64,000 nucleotides of DNA from Acidobacteriota bacterium (GCA_026707325.1 JAPOXA010000037.1:264822-328821), one strand, 5' to 3'. Shown: positions 26,941 to 38,652, numbered from the stretch's first letter. The notes: generated from the letters alone by a model not told the origin. Program-made: numbers and translations.

Positions 26941-29062
26941 CTACTCGTGGCCCGAGGCGGAGCGGAGGGCCCTGATCGGATCCCGGCCGGCGCGGCTCGA
27001 CGGTCCGGTCAAGTCGACCGGGTTCGCGAAGTACCCGTCCGACCAGAACCCACAGGGTCTGCTGGCGGCGAAGATCCTGACCTGTCCGCATGCCCATGCC
27101 CGGATCGTCGGGATCGACACGTCCGCGGCCGAGGCCATGCCCGGCGTGCGCGTGGTCCACGTGATCCAGGGAGAGGGCGCCGAGATCCAGTGGGCCGGCG
27201 ACGAGGTCGCGGCCGTCGCCGCCGTCACCGAGGAAGTGGCGCGCGACGCGCTGCGGGCGATTCGCGTCGACTACGAGGTGCTTCCGCACTTCGTCACCGA
27301 AGCGGACCGCGACGGCGCGCCCGATGCCAGACCCGCCGGTGAGAGGACCGAAGGCGACCCGGACGCCGCCTTCGCCACCGCTCATCGCACGGTGGAGCGG
27401 ACGCTGGGCATGCCTCAGATGGCCCACATGTGCCTGGAGCCGCACGGCCAGGTCTGTTCCTGGGACGGCGACGAGCTGGAGGTTCATGCCTCGACCCAGG
27501 CAGTCTCGACCCTGGGAGGGCAGTTCGCGACGGAGCTCGGCGTGCCGGCGAGCCAGGTCCGGATCCGGACCGAGTACATGGGTGGCGGCTTCGGTTCGAA
27601 GTTCTCGCCCGATCGCTGGGGCATCGTCGGTGCCGAACTGGCGCGCAAGGCGGGAGCGCCAGTGAAGCTCTTCCTCGAGAGGGACCAGGAAGTGACGGTC
27701 GCGGGCAGCCGGCCGTCCGCCTTCGCCCGCATCCGGGCGTCGGCCGACGAGCAGGGCAGGCTCGTGGCGTGGGATTCGGACTCGTGGGGTTCGGGGGGCC
27801 TTCCGGGCACGGGCCAGACGCCCCTGCCGTACGTCTTCAGCAGGCTGCCGAACCGCCGCACCCGCCACACCTCCGTGCCGACGAACCTGGCCGGTTCCAG
27901 GGCCTGGCGGGCGCCCAACCATCCCCAGGCCTGTTTCCTGACGATGGCCGTCCTGGACGACCTCGCCGACGAGTTGGGTCTCGACCCGATCGACTTTCTC
28001 GAACGCAACCTGGACCTGACGGGCCGGGCGGACACCTACCGGGAGCAGTTCGCGATCGCCGCGGAGATGGCGTCCTGGAAGGAGCGCTGGCAGCCCCGCG
28101 ACCGCACGCGCGAGGGCGCCGTCCACCGCGGGCTCGGCGTCTCCGTTCACACCTGGGGCGGCCGCGGCCACTCGAGCAACTGCGACGTGACGGTTCATCC
28201 CGACGGCGCGGTCGAAGCGCGGATCGGCAGCCAGGACATCGGCACCGGGACCCGCACGATCGTGGCCCAGGTGCTCGCCGAGACCTTCGGCCTCGAACTC
28301 CACCAGGTGCGGGTGTCGCTCGGCGACAACGTGTACCCGCAGTCGGGTCCCTCCGGCGGCAGTTCGACGGTGGGCGGAGTCACCGCCTCGACCCGGCGGG
28401 CTGCGCAGGACGCCCTGCGCGAGGTGCTCGTCCACGTGGCGCCGCGGCTCGAGGCCGAGCCGGAGCAACTGGTCGCCGGGGGCGGACGGGTGTTCGTGGA
28501 GGGGGATTCCTCTCGCGGGATGTCCTGGCGCGAGGCGGCGGCCCAGATCGGCGGCGCGCCGATCAGCGTTCAGGGCCGCAATCCCGGCCCCGGCCGGCTG
28601 ATCTCCAGCGGCGTGGGCGGCGTGCAGATCGCCGACGTGGAAGTCGACATCGAGACCGGTGTCGTGCAGGTCGAGCGGATGATCGCGGTCCAGGATTGCG
28701 GCCTGATCATCAATCGCCGGCTGGCCGAGAGCCAGGTCTACGGCGGCCTGATCATGGGCGTCGGCTACGCGCTCTACGAGGAGTGGATTCCGGATCCGGT
28801 GAGCGGCAGGCTGCTGAACGCGGACATGGAGTTCTACAAGCTCGCCGGTCTCGTCGATGTGGGGTCGCTCGAGGTTCACATGATGACCGGCCCGGGCTAC
28901 GACGAGCGCGGCGTGATCGGCCTGGGCGAACCGCCGGTCATCTCGCCCGGCGCCGCGATCAGCAACGCGGTGGCGAACGCGATCGGCGTCCGCGTGCCCT
29001 ACTTGCCGTTGACGCCCGACCGCGTGCTGGACGCGCTGGCCGGACGTGGAGGGCCGGCCTGA
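26933..29062 (+). CDS. molybdopterin-binding large subunit, xanthine dehydrogenase / aldehyde oxidase family
   Basis: 709 aa with the a/b-hammerhead and Moco-binding domain pattern (GGGFGSK, GQVYGGLIMGVGYALYEE). It overlaps the small subunit by 8 nt. Confidence 0.9.
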   Translation: MADYSWPEAERRALIGSRPARLDGPVKSTGFAKYPSDQNPQGLLAAKILTCPHAHARIVGIDTSAAEAMPGVRVVHVIQGEGAEIQWAGDEVAAVAAVTEEVARDALRAIRVDYEVLPHFVTEADRDGAPDARPAGERTEGDPDAAFATAHRTVERTLGMPQMAHMCLEPHGQVCSWDGDELEVHASTQAVSTLGGQFATELGVPASQVRIRTEYMGGGFGSKFSPDRWGIVGAELARKAGAPVKLFLERDQEVTVAGSRPSAFARIRASADEQGRLVAWDSDSWGSGGLPGTGQTPLPYVFSRLPNRRTRHTSVPTNLAGSRAWRAPNHPQACFLTMAVLDDLADELGLDPIDFLERNLDLTGRADTYREQFAIAAEMASWKERWQPRDRTREGAVHRGLGVSVHTWGGRGHSSNCDVTVHPDGAVEARIGSQDIGTGTRTIVAQVLAETFGLELHQVRVSLGDNVYPQSGPSGGSSTVGGVTASTRRAAQDALREVLVHVAPRLEAEPEQLVAGGGRVFVEGDSSRGMSWREAAAQIGGAPISVQGRNPGPGRLISSGVGGVQIADVEVDIETGVVQVERMIAVQDCGLIINRRLAESQVYGGLIMGVGYALYEEWIPDPVSGRLLNADMEFYKLAGLVDVGSLEVHMMTGPGYDERGVIGLGEPPVISPGAAISNAVANAIGVRVPYLPLTPDRVLDALAGRGGPA

Positions 29063-30036
29063 TGCGCCCGTTCGGCTACGCCGCGCCGGCGACCGTCGAC
29101 CAGGCGGTCGGCCTGCTGGAAGCGGAGGGCAGCGAGGCGCTGGCCGGCGGCACGGATCTTCTGAGTCTGCTCAAGGACGATGTCGAACGGGTCGAGCGTC
29201 TGGTCGCGCTTGGCGGCGTGACGGGTCTCTCGGGGATCGAGCTCGCCGGCGGCATGCTCCGAATCGGCGCCATGACGACCCTGCAGGAGCTCCGGGACCA
29301 CGACGACGCGATCGCGGCCCTGCCCGCTCTCTCCGTCGCGATCGACGGCGTCGCCAGCCCGCAGTTGCGGGCGATGGGCACGGTCGGCGGCGATCTGCTC
29401 CAGCGGCCCCGGTGCTGGTACTACCGCCGGGGCTTCGGTCTGCTGGCGCTGGCTGCCGACGGCCGCTCGATGGTGACGGCCGGCGACAATCGCTACCACG
29501 CGATCTTCCCGGAAGGCGAAGCCCGTTTCGTCAACCCGTCCAGCCTGGCGCCGCTGCTGGTCGCGGTCGGGGCGGAGGCGGTCGTTCGCGGACCGGCCGG
29601 TGAGCGCCGGCAGCCGGTGGAGGCGTTGTACCGGGCGCCCGAGGTCGACGGAGAGCGCGAGAACACGCTGGCGCCGGGCGAGCTCCTCGTCGGCGTCGAA
29701 GCGAACGTCGAGGGGTCCCGGTCGGCCGTCTACGAAGTCCGCCAGCGCCGCGCGCTGGACTGGCCGCTGATGGCGGCCGCCGTTTCGCTCACCGGCTCGG
29801 GAGCGCGAACCGAGCGTGCGCGGATCGTGCTCGGCCACGCCGCGCCCGTGCCCCATGTGGCGACGGCGGCGGGCGACCTGCTGGCCGGGCAGGAGTTGAC
29901 GCCGGAGACGGTTGCCGCGGCCGCGGATGCGGCGGTGGAGGGCGCCCGGCCCATGAGCGGCAACCGGTACAAGGTTCAGCTTGCCCGGACCGCGGTGCGG
30001 CGCGCCCTCGGCCGCGCCGCCGGGATGGAGATCTGA
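29062..30036 (+). CDS. FAD-binding medium subunit of the molybdo-oxidoreductase
   Basis: The ATG at 29062 overlaps the upstream stop (TGATG). The N-terminus MRPFGYAAPATVDQAVGLL...AGGTDLLSLLK is typical of CoxM/PaoB-like FAD subunits. Confidence 0.88.
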   Translation: MRPFGYAAPATVDQAVGLLEAEGSEALAGGTDLLSLLKDDVERVERLVALGGVTGLSGIELAGGMLRIGAMTTLQELRDHDDAIAALPALSVAIDGVASPQLRAMGTVGGDLLQRPRCWYYRRGFGLLALAADGRSMVTAGDNRYHAIFPEGEARFVNPSSLAPLLVAVGAEAVVRGPAGERRQPVEALYRAPEVDGERENTLAPGELLVGVEANVEGSRSAVYEVRQRRALDWPLMAAAVSLTGSGARTERARIVLGHAAPVPHVATAAGDLLAGQELTPETVAAAADAAVEGARPMSGNRYKVQLARTAVRRALGRAAGMEI

Positions 30037-30041
30037 ACGCG

Positions 30042-30317
30042 ATGGCTGACCGTCCGCTCATTCCCCAGGCGCCGCAACTTTGCCGGAGGCTGCGCTGGAA
30101 GACGATGTTCATGGCCCTGGTGCCGGTGGAGCCGGGTGCGGCCGTCGACCCGCAGCACGAGATCGATGACGGCTTCGTCTGGTGTACGCACAGCATGAAC
30201 TGTCTCGGGCCCGACGGCGCGGTAGCCTCCCGGGAGGACTGCCGGGAAGGCCGCCGTTGCTTCGAGAGCCACCGTCCAAACCCCCGAAACTCGGCCCACG
30301 GAGACCTGCCGACATGA
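30042..30317 (+). CDS. small Cys-containing hypothetical protein
   Basis: 91 aa starting 5 nt after the FAD subunit stop. Its stop overlaps the next ATG (ATGA), which suggests translational coupling. The pattern is CRRLRWKTMF...FVWCTHSMNCLGPDG...CREGRRCF. Confidence 0.45.
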   Translation: MADRPLIPQAPQLCRRLRWKTMFMALVPVEPGAAVDPQHEIDDGFVWCTHSMNCLGPDGAVASREDCREGRRCFESHRPNPRNSAHGDLPT

Positions 30318-30976
30318 GATTTGCTCCACGAGTTCTCTTCCCCGCCCTGCTTCTGATGGTCCTGCCCGCCGCCGCGATGGCGGCCGGTGTCTCGGGCATG
30401 TACGTTGAAGCGCGCACCGCCGACGTCTACACCGGCCCCTGTTTCGCGAACTCCGAAGTCGGGCTGGTCGGCAACGAGGCGATCATGGCCTGGCGGATCG
30501 AGGCGGGCGGCTGGGACGGCGTCGATCTCTCGGGCCTCTCGGTGCTCGCGGTCGTGCGCTCCGATGCGACTCTCGGCGATCCGTACGCCGAGTCGCGAGC
30601 CACGGAGTCCGTGCTGATCGTGGACGCGACCGCGGACGGGTCTCAGCGTTCGGCTCTCGAAGGATTCGCGCGCGGCATGGGGGGCGTCCTCCTTGCGGAC
30701 GTGGCCCGTGTCGAGGCGGCGGACGTCACGTTCGATCTGCGGCCGAACGGGGCCGCCTCGGTCACGGCGGGCAACCTGGCCGCGGTGAGGACGCGTCCGC
30801 TCGATCATCGAGATCACCTCTGCGGCAACGAGACCGTCTTCTATCCGCCGCTGGCTCCGACGGACGGGGCTGTGCCCGGCGTCGCCATCGAGCACACCTG
30901 GCAAGGTCCGGGCCTGGGCGCCACCTGGAAGAGCCCCGGCAAGCGGAGCACCTTCGTCGGTCGGTTCAGCCGCTAG
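30314..30976 (+). CDS. hypothetical secreted protein
   Basis: ATG at 30314 with a signal peptide MRFAPRVLFPALLLMVLPAAAMA. The mature part starts GVSGMYVEARTADVYTGPCFANSE. No family was assigned with confidence. Confidence 0.6.
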   Translation: MRFAPRVLFPALLLMVLPAAAMAAGVSGMYVEARTADVYTGPCFANSEVGLVGNEAIMAWRIEAGGWDGVDLSGLSVLAVVRSDATLGDPYAESRATESVLIVDATADGSQRSALEGFARGMGGVLLADVARVEAADVTFDLRPNGAASVTAGNLAAVRTRPLDHRDHLCGNETVFYPPLAPTDGAVPGVAIEHTWQGPGLGATWKSPGKRSTFVGRFSR

Positions 30977-31028
30977 GAGCCGGTGCTGCGAGTTCAGGCG
31001 GCGGCCGCCGCGCTTGCCGTCCCCTCCA

Positions 31029-31376
31029 ATGATCATCAACAAGCAGCAGATCGGCAACGCCAGCCTGCTGGCGGTGGAGGGTGTGATCAAGCTCGGGGAG
31101 AGCGCCCGCTTCCTGGCCGACGCCCTGAAACGGAGCCTGGCGGAGGGCGACGGCCATGTCCTGCTCGACCTCTCGGATGTCAACTACATGGACTCGACCG
31201 GCATCGGCGAGCTCGTCGGGTACCTGGTCAGGCTCCGCGCTGAGGAAAGAAAGCTGATCCTGGTCCGGCCTTCGGAACGGATCGTTCAGTTGCTGACCGT
31301 GGCCGGCGTCGCGTCGCTGTTCCCGACCTACGACACGGTGGAGGACGCCCTCGCGGCGGAGGCCGGCGGGACCTGA
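31029..31376 (+). CDS. STAS-domain anti-sigma-factor antagonist (SpoIIAA-like)
   Basis: LDLSDVNYMDSTGIGELV is the conserved phospho-Ser region. The start is ambiguous (TTG at 31014 or ATG at 31029) and no strong SD is present. Confidence 0.8.
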   Translation: MIINKQQIGNASLLAVEGVIKLGESARFLADALKRSLAEGDGHVLLDLSDVNYMDSTGIGELVGYLVRLRAEERKLILVRPSERIVQLLTVAGVASLFPTYDTVEDALAAEAGGT

Positions 31377-31452
31377 ACGGAGACGGGGGCGCCCGTGCCG
31401 GCGCTCGAGGCGGCCTGAAGTCGGCGTACCCCGCGAGCGCGGTGTAGCGGAA

Positions 31453-31920
31453 TCAGCCTCTGGACCGGTCGAGGACGAAGGGCTCCGGCAGCAGCTCGTG
31501 CAGCGTGAACCGGCGCCAGTTCGCCGCATCGTGGGCCCCGGCGGTGACCGACACGATCGGCAGGTCGCGACTGAACTCGGCCAGGGCGTCGCGGCACTGC
31601 CCGCAGGGCGCGCAGGGCGGCGCGGAGCCCGTGGCGATGGCCAGCGCCGCAAACGATGCCTGTCCGTCCGCGACCGCGGCCGACAACGCGCCGCGTTCGG
31701 CACAGAGGGTCAGTCCGAGCAGGCGGTTCTCCACGTTGCAGCCGACGTAGACGTTGCCGTTGGCGGCCAGCAGCGCGGCGCCGACCCGGAAGTCGCTGTA
31801 GGGCGCGTAGGCCCGTTCCCGGCACCTGACGGCGGCGTTGACCAGAGTTTCCCAGTCGACGCCCTCCCACTTGGCGCCGTGATCCGGCGTCGGCAGGTGG
31901 AAGACGGGTTCCGCGCTCAT
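31453..31920 (-). CDS. cdd: cytidine deaminase
   Basis: Zinc motifs CAERGAL and PCAPCGQCR; 155 aa. Confidence 0.9.
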   Translation of the reverse strand: MSAEPVFHLPTPDHGAKWEGVDWETLVNAAVRCRERAYAPYSDFRVGAALLAANGNVYVGCNVENRLLGLTLCAERGALSAAVADGQASFAALAIATGSAPPCAPCGQCRDALAEFSRDLPIVSVTAGAHDAANWRRFTLHELLPEPFVLDRSRG

Positions 31921-31976
31921 CGGTGAAACCCTAGCAGCCTCGCCTTGCGCTCTGGCTCGGACCGGAGGTGCGGAAC

Positions 31977-33239
<1,263 letters not shown>

Positions 33240-33266
33240 CAGATCTCGACTGAAGAGCCCTCGCCG

Positions 33267-34442
33267 GTGAAGATCCACGAGTTTCAGGCCAAGGGGATAC
33301 TGCGCCGGTTCGGGGCTGCCGTGCCCCAGGGCAAGGTGATCGACGACCCCGCTCAGGCCGGGCCGATCTGCGAGGACTTCGGCGGCCGCTGCGTGGTCAA
33401 GGCGCAGATACACGCCGGCGGCCGCGGCAAGGGCGGCGGCGTCAAGGTGGCTTCGAGCCCGAGCGAGGCGGAACGGCTGGCCGGAGAGATCCTCGGAATG
33501 CAACTGGTGACGCACCAGACAGGCCCTGAAGGTCAGCAGGTGCGCCAGGTACTGATCGAGGAAGCCCTGGAGATCGATCGAGAGCTCTACCTGGGTGTGA
33601 CCCTCGACCGCGCCGCCGAGCGCCCCCTCCTGATGGCGTCGCGCGCGGGCGGAATGGACATCGAGGAGGTGGCCCAGTCGGATCCCGACGCGATACTGCG
33701 CGAGCTGATCGATCCGCTGCTTGGCGTGCTCCCCTTCCAGTGCCGGCGGATCGCTTCCGGGCTCGGGTTCGAGGGCGGCACGGCGCGCCAGATCCAGTCG
33801 ATCGTGTCCAGCGTGGTGGCGGCCTACCTGGAAACCGACGCTTCCCTGGTCGAGATCAACCCGCTGATGGTGGACTCGAAGGGCGACGTCTATGCCTTGG
33901 ACGCGAAGATGAACTTCGACGACAACGCGCTGTTCCGGCGGCGCGACATCGCCGAGCTGCGGGACGTGCACGAGGAGAATCCGCTGGAGGTCGAGGCCTC
34001 CGAGCACGGCATCAGCTACATCAAGCTGGACGGCAGCATCGGCTGCATGGTCAACGGCGCCGGGCTGGCGATGGCGACGATGGACATCATCAAGCTCTAC
34101 GGCGCCGAGCCGGCCAACTTCCTCGATGTCGGCGGCTCGGCTTCCCAGGAGGCGGTGGCGAGCGCTTTCCGGATCATCCTCTCCGATCCGGCGGTCAAGG
34201 CGGTGCTGATCAACATCTTCGGCGGCATCGCCCGCACCGACCGCATCGCGCGCGGCGTGGTCGCGGCGATCGACGAACTCGCCGCCGAGGGCACGCCGGT
34301 GGAGGTGCCGGTCGTGGTCCGGCTCGAGGGCACGAACGTCGAGGAGGGCCGCGAAGTGCTGGAGCGGGCGGACTTCGACTTCCTCGTCGCCGACGGCATG
34401 GCGACCGCCGCCGAGCGCGCGGTCGAGGCCCTGGGAGGCTGA
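33267..34442 (+). CDS. sucC: succinate--CoA ligase subunit beta
   Basis: (M)[16 protein letters not shown]-terminus with a GTG start, plus an ATP-grasp domain and the GGIARTD motif. Confidence 0.97.
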   Translation: MKIHEFQAKGILRRFGAAVPQGKVIDDPAQAGPICEDFGGRCVVKAQIHAGGRGKGGGVKVASSPSEAERLAGEILGMQLVTHQTGPEGQQVRQVLIEEALEIDRELYLGVTLDRAAERPLLMASRAGGMDIEEVAQSDPDAILRELIDPLLGVLPFQCRRIASGLGFEGGTARQIQSIVSSVVAAYLETDASLVEINPLMVDSKGDVYALDAKMNFDDNALFRRRDIAELRDVHEENPLEVEASEHGISYIKLDGSIGCMVNGAGLAMATMDIIKLYGAEPANFLDVGGSASQEAVASAFRIILSDPAVKAVLINIFGGIARTDRIARGVVAAIDELAAEGTPVEVPVVVRLEGTNVEEGREVLERADFDFLVADGMATAAERAVEALGG

Positions 34443-34446
34443 GCCG

Positions 34447-35319
34447 ATGTCGATTCTGGTTGGCGAAAGCACGCGCCTGATCGTCCAGGGCATCACCGGC
34501 AGGGAGGGCCTGTTCCACGCGATGGGCTGCCGGGAGTACGGCACCGAGGTCGTTGGCGGCGTGACGCCCGGCAAGGGCGGTTCGACCGTCGAGGGCTTTC
34601 CGGTCTGGGACTCGGTCGAGCGCGCGCGGCGGGTGTCCGGCTGCAATGCGACGCTGATCTTCGTACCGCCGCCGTTTGCCGCCGACGCGATCATGGAGGC
34701 GGCCGACGCCGGCGTCGAGCTGATCGTGTGCATCACCGAGGGCATTCCGGTTCAGGACATGGTCAGGGTCAAGGCCTTCCTCCGGGGCCGGGACAGCCGT
34801 CTGCTGGGGCCGAACTGCCCGGGTCTGATCAGCCCGGGACAGGCGAAGGTCGGCATCATGCCCGGCCACATCCACGAGCCGGGCAACGTCGGCGTGATCA
34901 GCCGGAGCGGCACCCTGACCTACGAGGCCGTGTGGCAGCTCACGAACGAGGGGCTGGGGCAGACCACCTGCGTCGGCATCGGCGGCGATCCGGTCAACGG
35001 CACGAGCTTCATCGACGTGCTGGAGCTGTTCGCGGGGGACGATTCGACGGAGGCCGTGGTCCTGATCGGCGAGATCGGCGGTACGGCGGAAGAGGAGGCG
35101 GCGGCCTGGATCGGCGAGCACCTCGACGTTCCCGTCGTCGGCTTCATCGCCGGCGCCACCGCTCCGCCGGGCCGGCGCATGGGCCATGCCGGCGCGATCG
35201 TGGCGGGCGGCAAGGGCACCGCGGCCGAGAAGAAGGCGGCGCTCGCGGCGGCTGGAGTCCTGGTCGTCGATTCGCCGGCCGAGATGGGCGCGCGGGTGTC
35301 CGAGGCGTTAGGGGGATAG
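34447..35319 (+). CDS. sucD: succinate--CoA ligase subunit alpha
   Basis: [18 protein letters not shown] and the phospho-His loop MGHAGAIV. Confidence 0.97.
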   Translation: MSILVGESTRLIVQGITGREGLFHAMGCREYGTEVVGGVTPGKGGSTVEGFPVWDSVERARRVSGCNATLIFVPPPFAADAIMEAADAGVELIVCITEGIPVQDMVRVKAFLRGRDSRLLGPNCPGLISPGQAKVGIMPGHIHEPGNVGVISRSGTLTYEAVWQLTNEGLGQTTCVGIGGDPVNGTSFIDVLELFAGDDSTEAVVLIGEIGGTAEEEAAAWIGEHLDVPVVGFIAGATAPPGRRMGHAGAIVAGGKGTAAEKKAALAAAGVLVVDSPAEMGARVSEALGG

Positions 35320-35324
35320 GCGGG

Positions 35325-35741
35325 ATGGAAGAGACGCTGACCATCATCAAGCCGGACGCGGTCCGTGCCGGCAACACCGGCCGGATCATCGCCCACCTCG
35401 AGGACGCCGGCTTCGAGATCCAGGCCATGCGCCGGATGCGTCTTTCGCGCGCGCAGGCCGAGGCGTTCTACGCGGTACATCGCGAACGACCGTTCTACGC
35501 TGACCTTGTCGCGTTCATGACGAGTGGTCCCGCGGTGGCGATCGCGCTGGCGCGCGACAACGCCGTAGCTCATCTTCGCGACGTGATGGGCGCGACCGAC
35601 TCGACGCAGGCCGCCGACGGGACGATCCGCAACCTCTACGGCACGAACATCCAGAACAACGCGATCCACGGCAGCGACTCGCCCGAGAACGCTGGCGTTG
35701 AGCGCGCCTTCTTCTTCGCCGCTTGCGACCTGGTCGGCTGA
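35325..35741 (+). CDS. ndk: nucleoside-diphosphate kinase
   Basis: ATG at 35325. TLTIIKPDAV and NAIHGSDS (catalytic His) motifs; 138 aa. Confidence 0.97.
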   Translation: MEETLTIIKPDAVRAGNTGRIIAHLEDAGFEIQAMRRMRLSRAQAEAFYAVHRERPFYADLVAFMTSGPAVAIALARDNAVAHLRDVMGATDSTQAADGTIRNLYGTNIQNNAIHGSDSPENAGVERAFFFAACDLVG

Positions 35742-37117
35742 TACCGCCTCAGGGGACGGGCCACGGCTCCGCCGCCGACACTCGAACGCAGACTGGGCGC
35801 CCTCGACGGCGCCGCGATCGTCGTGTCCAACGTGATCGGCAGCGGGATCTTCATCGTGCCGGCCGCGGTGGCCCAACTGGCGCCGAGCCCGGGCGCCATG
35901 CTCGGGGTGTGGCTGATCGGCGGAGCACTGGCGCTTGCCGGCGCGCTGGCCTACGCGGAACTGGCGGCTCTGCGTCCGCAGGCAGGCGGTGAGTACGTCT
36001 ACCTCAGGGAGGCCTACGGCCCCCTCCTGGGCTTTCTGGCCGGCTGGACGTCCTTCGTAGCGGGGTTCTCCGGGGCGATTGCGGCCAGCGCGGTCGGCAT
36101 GGCCGGGATCCTGGGCCGCTTCGTTCCCGCAGCCGCGGACACCACGCCGATCTTCTCGGTTTCCCTGGCCTTCGTGTCGTTGACGCTGTCACCGCGGAGC
36201 GCGGTGGCCCTTGCGACGATCGTTGGCTTGTCGGTCGTCCACAGCCTGGGTCTCGGCCCCGGCCGCGTCGTCAACAACCTGCTGGCTGGCGCCAAGATCG
36301 CCGTGCTGGTCGTCGTCGTCGCGCTCGGGTTCTCGTTGGGGGGGGAAACGCGACGCACTATGCCGAAGGCGGACCGGTAGCTCTCGCCAGTTGGACGTTC
36401 GCGCTGATCCCCGTGCTGTTCAGCTACTCGGGGTGGAATGCCGCGGCCTACGTCAGCGAGGAGATCCGGGACCCGGAGAAGAACGTTCCGAGAGCGTTGC
36501 TGATGGGTACGGGCATCGTCGTCGTGATCTACCTGGCGCTGAACATGGTCTACATCTACGCGATGCCACTGGCGGAGTTCCCCAACCAGGCGCTCCGGAT
36601 CGGCGACGTGGCGGTGGAACGGCTGTTTGGACCCGGCGTGGCCGGAGCCTGGGCGGCCGCGTCGATCGTGATGATCGTGGCCGCCATCAGCGCCATGGTG
36701 CTGGCCGGGCCGCGGATCTACTACGCCATGGCCCGCGACGGGCTGTTCTTTGCCGCGGCCGGCAGGGTGCATCCGCGGTTTCGCACGCCGATCGTGGCGA
36801 TCGCTGCTCAGGCCTGCTGGAGCAGCGTGCTGGTTCTGACCGGCGCCTTCGACCAGCTCGTCGAGTACACGGGGTTCGGCGTCGTGCTGTTCGCGGGCAT
36901 CGCCGTGTTCGCGGTGTTCGTTCTGCGGCGGCGACGGCCTCTGGAGCATCGTCCGTTCCGGGCGTGGGGCTACCCTCTCGCGCCTCTGTTCTTCGTGGTG
37001 GCGAGCCTGCTGATCGTCGTCAATGCTCTCCGCGAAAGTCCCGCGACCTCAGGCGCCGGCCTCCTGATCATCGGGCTGGGGGCGCCCTTCTACTTCCTCT
37101 GGCGCTGGCGGAACTGA
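35742..37117 (+). pseudogene. APC-family amino acid permease, disrupted (frameshift at a G8 tract; no canonical start)
   Basis: Two track ORFs (35823-36380 and 36413-37117) together make one APC permease (VSNVIGSGIFIVPAAV...; ...LFSYSGWNAAAYVSEEIRDPEKNVPRAL...). The frame changes at GGGGGGGG (36338-36345). Nine or six Gs would give the contiguous reading ...GFSLGGGNATHYAEGGPVALASWTFALIPVLFSYSGWN. The conserved N-terminus LERRLGALDGAAIVV continues in frame from the ndk stop with no ATG, GTG or TTG. Confidence 0.7.
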
Positions 37118-37218
37118 GATGGTCGGCGCCGTGTCACGCTGCTGGCCGCGCCCGTTGCCGCGAGGGGCGGGTTGATAGGGTCCTTCGTCGGCACGGCAGA
37201 ACCAGCGCGGGAGGCGGC

Positions 37219-38652
37219 TTGACCACAGCGACCCAACTGTTCTCGAGCCGGTGGGGTCTGATGCTCGCCATGCTCGGCATGGCCGTCGGCACGGGCAACA
37301 TCTGGCGGTTCCCCCGGATTGCGGCGTCCAACGGCGGCGGTTCCTTCCTCGTCGCCTGGGTCGTCTTCCTGATGCTCTGGTCGGTGCCGCTGATCCTGGC
37401 CGAGTTCGCGCTCGGCAAGAGGATGCGCAACGGGACGGTGGGGACGTTCGCGGCGATGATGGGCGAACGGTTCGCCTGGATGGGCGCGTGGATCGCGTGG
37501 GTGGCGGCGGCGATCGGCTTCTACTACGCGGTGGTCATGGGCTGGACCCTGCGCTACTTCCTGGCCGCCATCACGATGCAGCTTCGGGGCGAGCGATCGG
37601 TCCAGCTCTGGGAGGAGTTCTCCTACACGCCCCAGGTGCTCGTCTTTCACGCTCTGGCGCTCGCGATGGGAGTGATCGTCGTGCTCAAGGGGATCCGGGG
37701 CATCGAGAGCGTGGTGCGGATCCTGATGCCGGCGTTGCTGGTTCTGGTCGTGGTGCTCGCCGTCCGGGCGGTGACGCTGCCGGGCGCGGTGAACGGTCTG
37801 GAGTTCCTGTTCAGGCCCACCTGGAGCGATCTACTGGACTCGAACATCTGGCTGCAGGCCCTGACGCAGAACGCTTGGGACACGGGCGCCGGCTGGGGCC
37901 TGGTGCTGACCTATGCCGTGTTCTCGCGCCGCCGCGAGGACACCAACCTGAACTCCTTCCTGCTCGCGTTCGGGAACAACAGCGTGTCGCTGCTCGCGGG
38001 TGTCATGGTGCTCTGTACGGTTTTCTCGATCATGCCCGGAGCCGCCAGCCAGATCGTGGGCGCCGGCAACGAGGGCCTGACCTTCATCTGGATACCGCAG
38101 CTCTTCAACGCCATGCCGGGCGGCTCCTTCTTCATGGTGCTGTTCTTCATGGCCCTGGTGTTCGCGGCCTGGACGTCGCTCGTGGCGATGTTCCAGTTGG
38201 TCGGCCTGGCCCTCGAGGAGGCCGGGATCGAACGGCGGAAGGCGATCATCTCGCTCGCGGCGGCGGCCTTCGTCTTCGGCATTCCCTCGGCCCTCTGGCA
38301 GCCGTTCTTCCTGAATCAGGACAACGTGTGGAGCGTCGCCCTGATGTCGTGCGGCCTGTTCTTCGCCCTGATCGCGATCCGCTACGGCGTCACCCGCTTC
38401 CGTGCCGAGATGATCAACAGCGGCGACCAGGACATGCAGGTCGGTGCGTGGTGGGACTGGGCGATCCGGCTGGTCGCCATCGAGGCGCTGGCGCTGGTGG
38501 CCTGGATGATCTGGAGCGCCCGCAACGAGCCTCTCTGGGGGCCTCTGGGCGTCGGCAACATGTTCGCGCAGTGGATCGTCGTCGCCGTGGTGCTGATCGC
38601 GCTCAACGGGGTCTTCCTGCGCGGCCTGAAGAAGCGCGCGTCGAAGGCGTAG
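37219..38652 (+). CDS. sodium-dependent transporter, NSS/SNF family
   Basis: A TTG at 37219 lies 4 nt after GGGAGG. It has the NSS signature WGLMLAMLGMAVGTGNIWRFP and about 11-12 TM segments. The track ORF from 36211 is a spurious 5' extension over the permease. Confidence 0.88.
   Translation: MTTATQLFSSRWGLMLAMLGMAVGTGNIWRFPRIAASNGGGSFLVAWVVFLMLWSVPLILAEFALGKRMRNGTVGTFAAMMGERFAWMGAWIAWVAAAIGFYYAVVMGWTLRYFLAAITMQLRGERSVQLWEEFSYTPQVLVFHALALAMGVIVVLKGIRGIESVVRILMPALLVLVVVLAVRAVTLPGAVNGLEFLFRPTWSDLLDSNIWLQALTQNAWDTGAGWGLVLTYAVFSRRREDTNLNSFLLAFGNNSVSLLAGVMVLCTVFSIMPGAASQIVGAGNEGLTFIWIPQLFNAMPGGSFFMVLFFMALVFAAWTSLVAMFQLVGLALEEAGIERRKAIISLAAAAFVFGIPSALWQPFFLNQDNVWSVALMSCGLFFALIAIRYGVTRFRAEMINSGDQDMQVGAWWDWAIRLVAIEALALVAWMIWSARNEPLWGPLGVGNMFAQWIVVAVVLIALNGVFLRGLKKRASKA

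Noticed and set aside
30995-31010. Perfect 14-nt palindrome GCGGCGGCCGCCGC between the secreted-protein gene and the STAS gene, considered as a terminator or operator.
   Set aside because: As RNA it gives at most a 5-bp stem with a GGCC loop and no U-tract. Such GC palindromes are frequent in this composition, so the support is insufficient.
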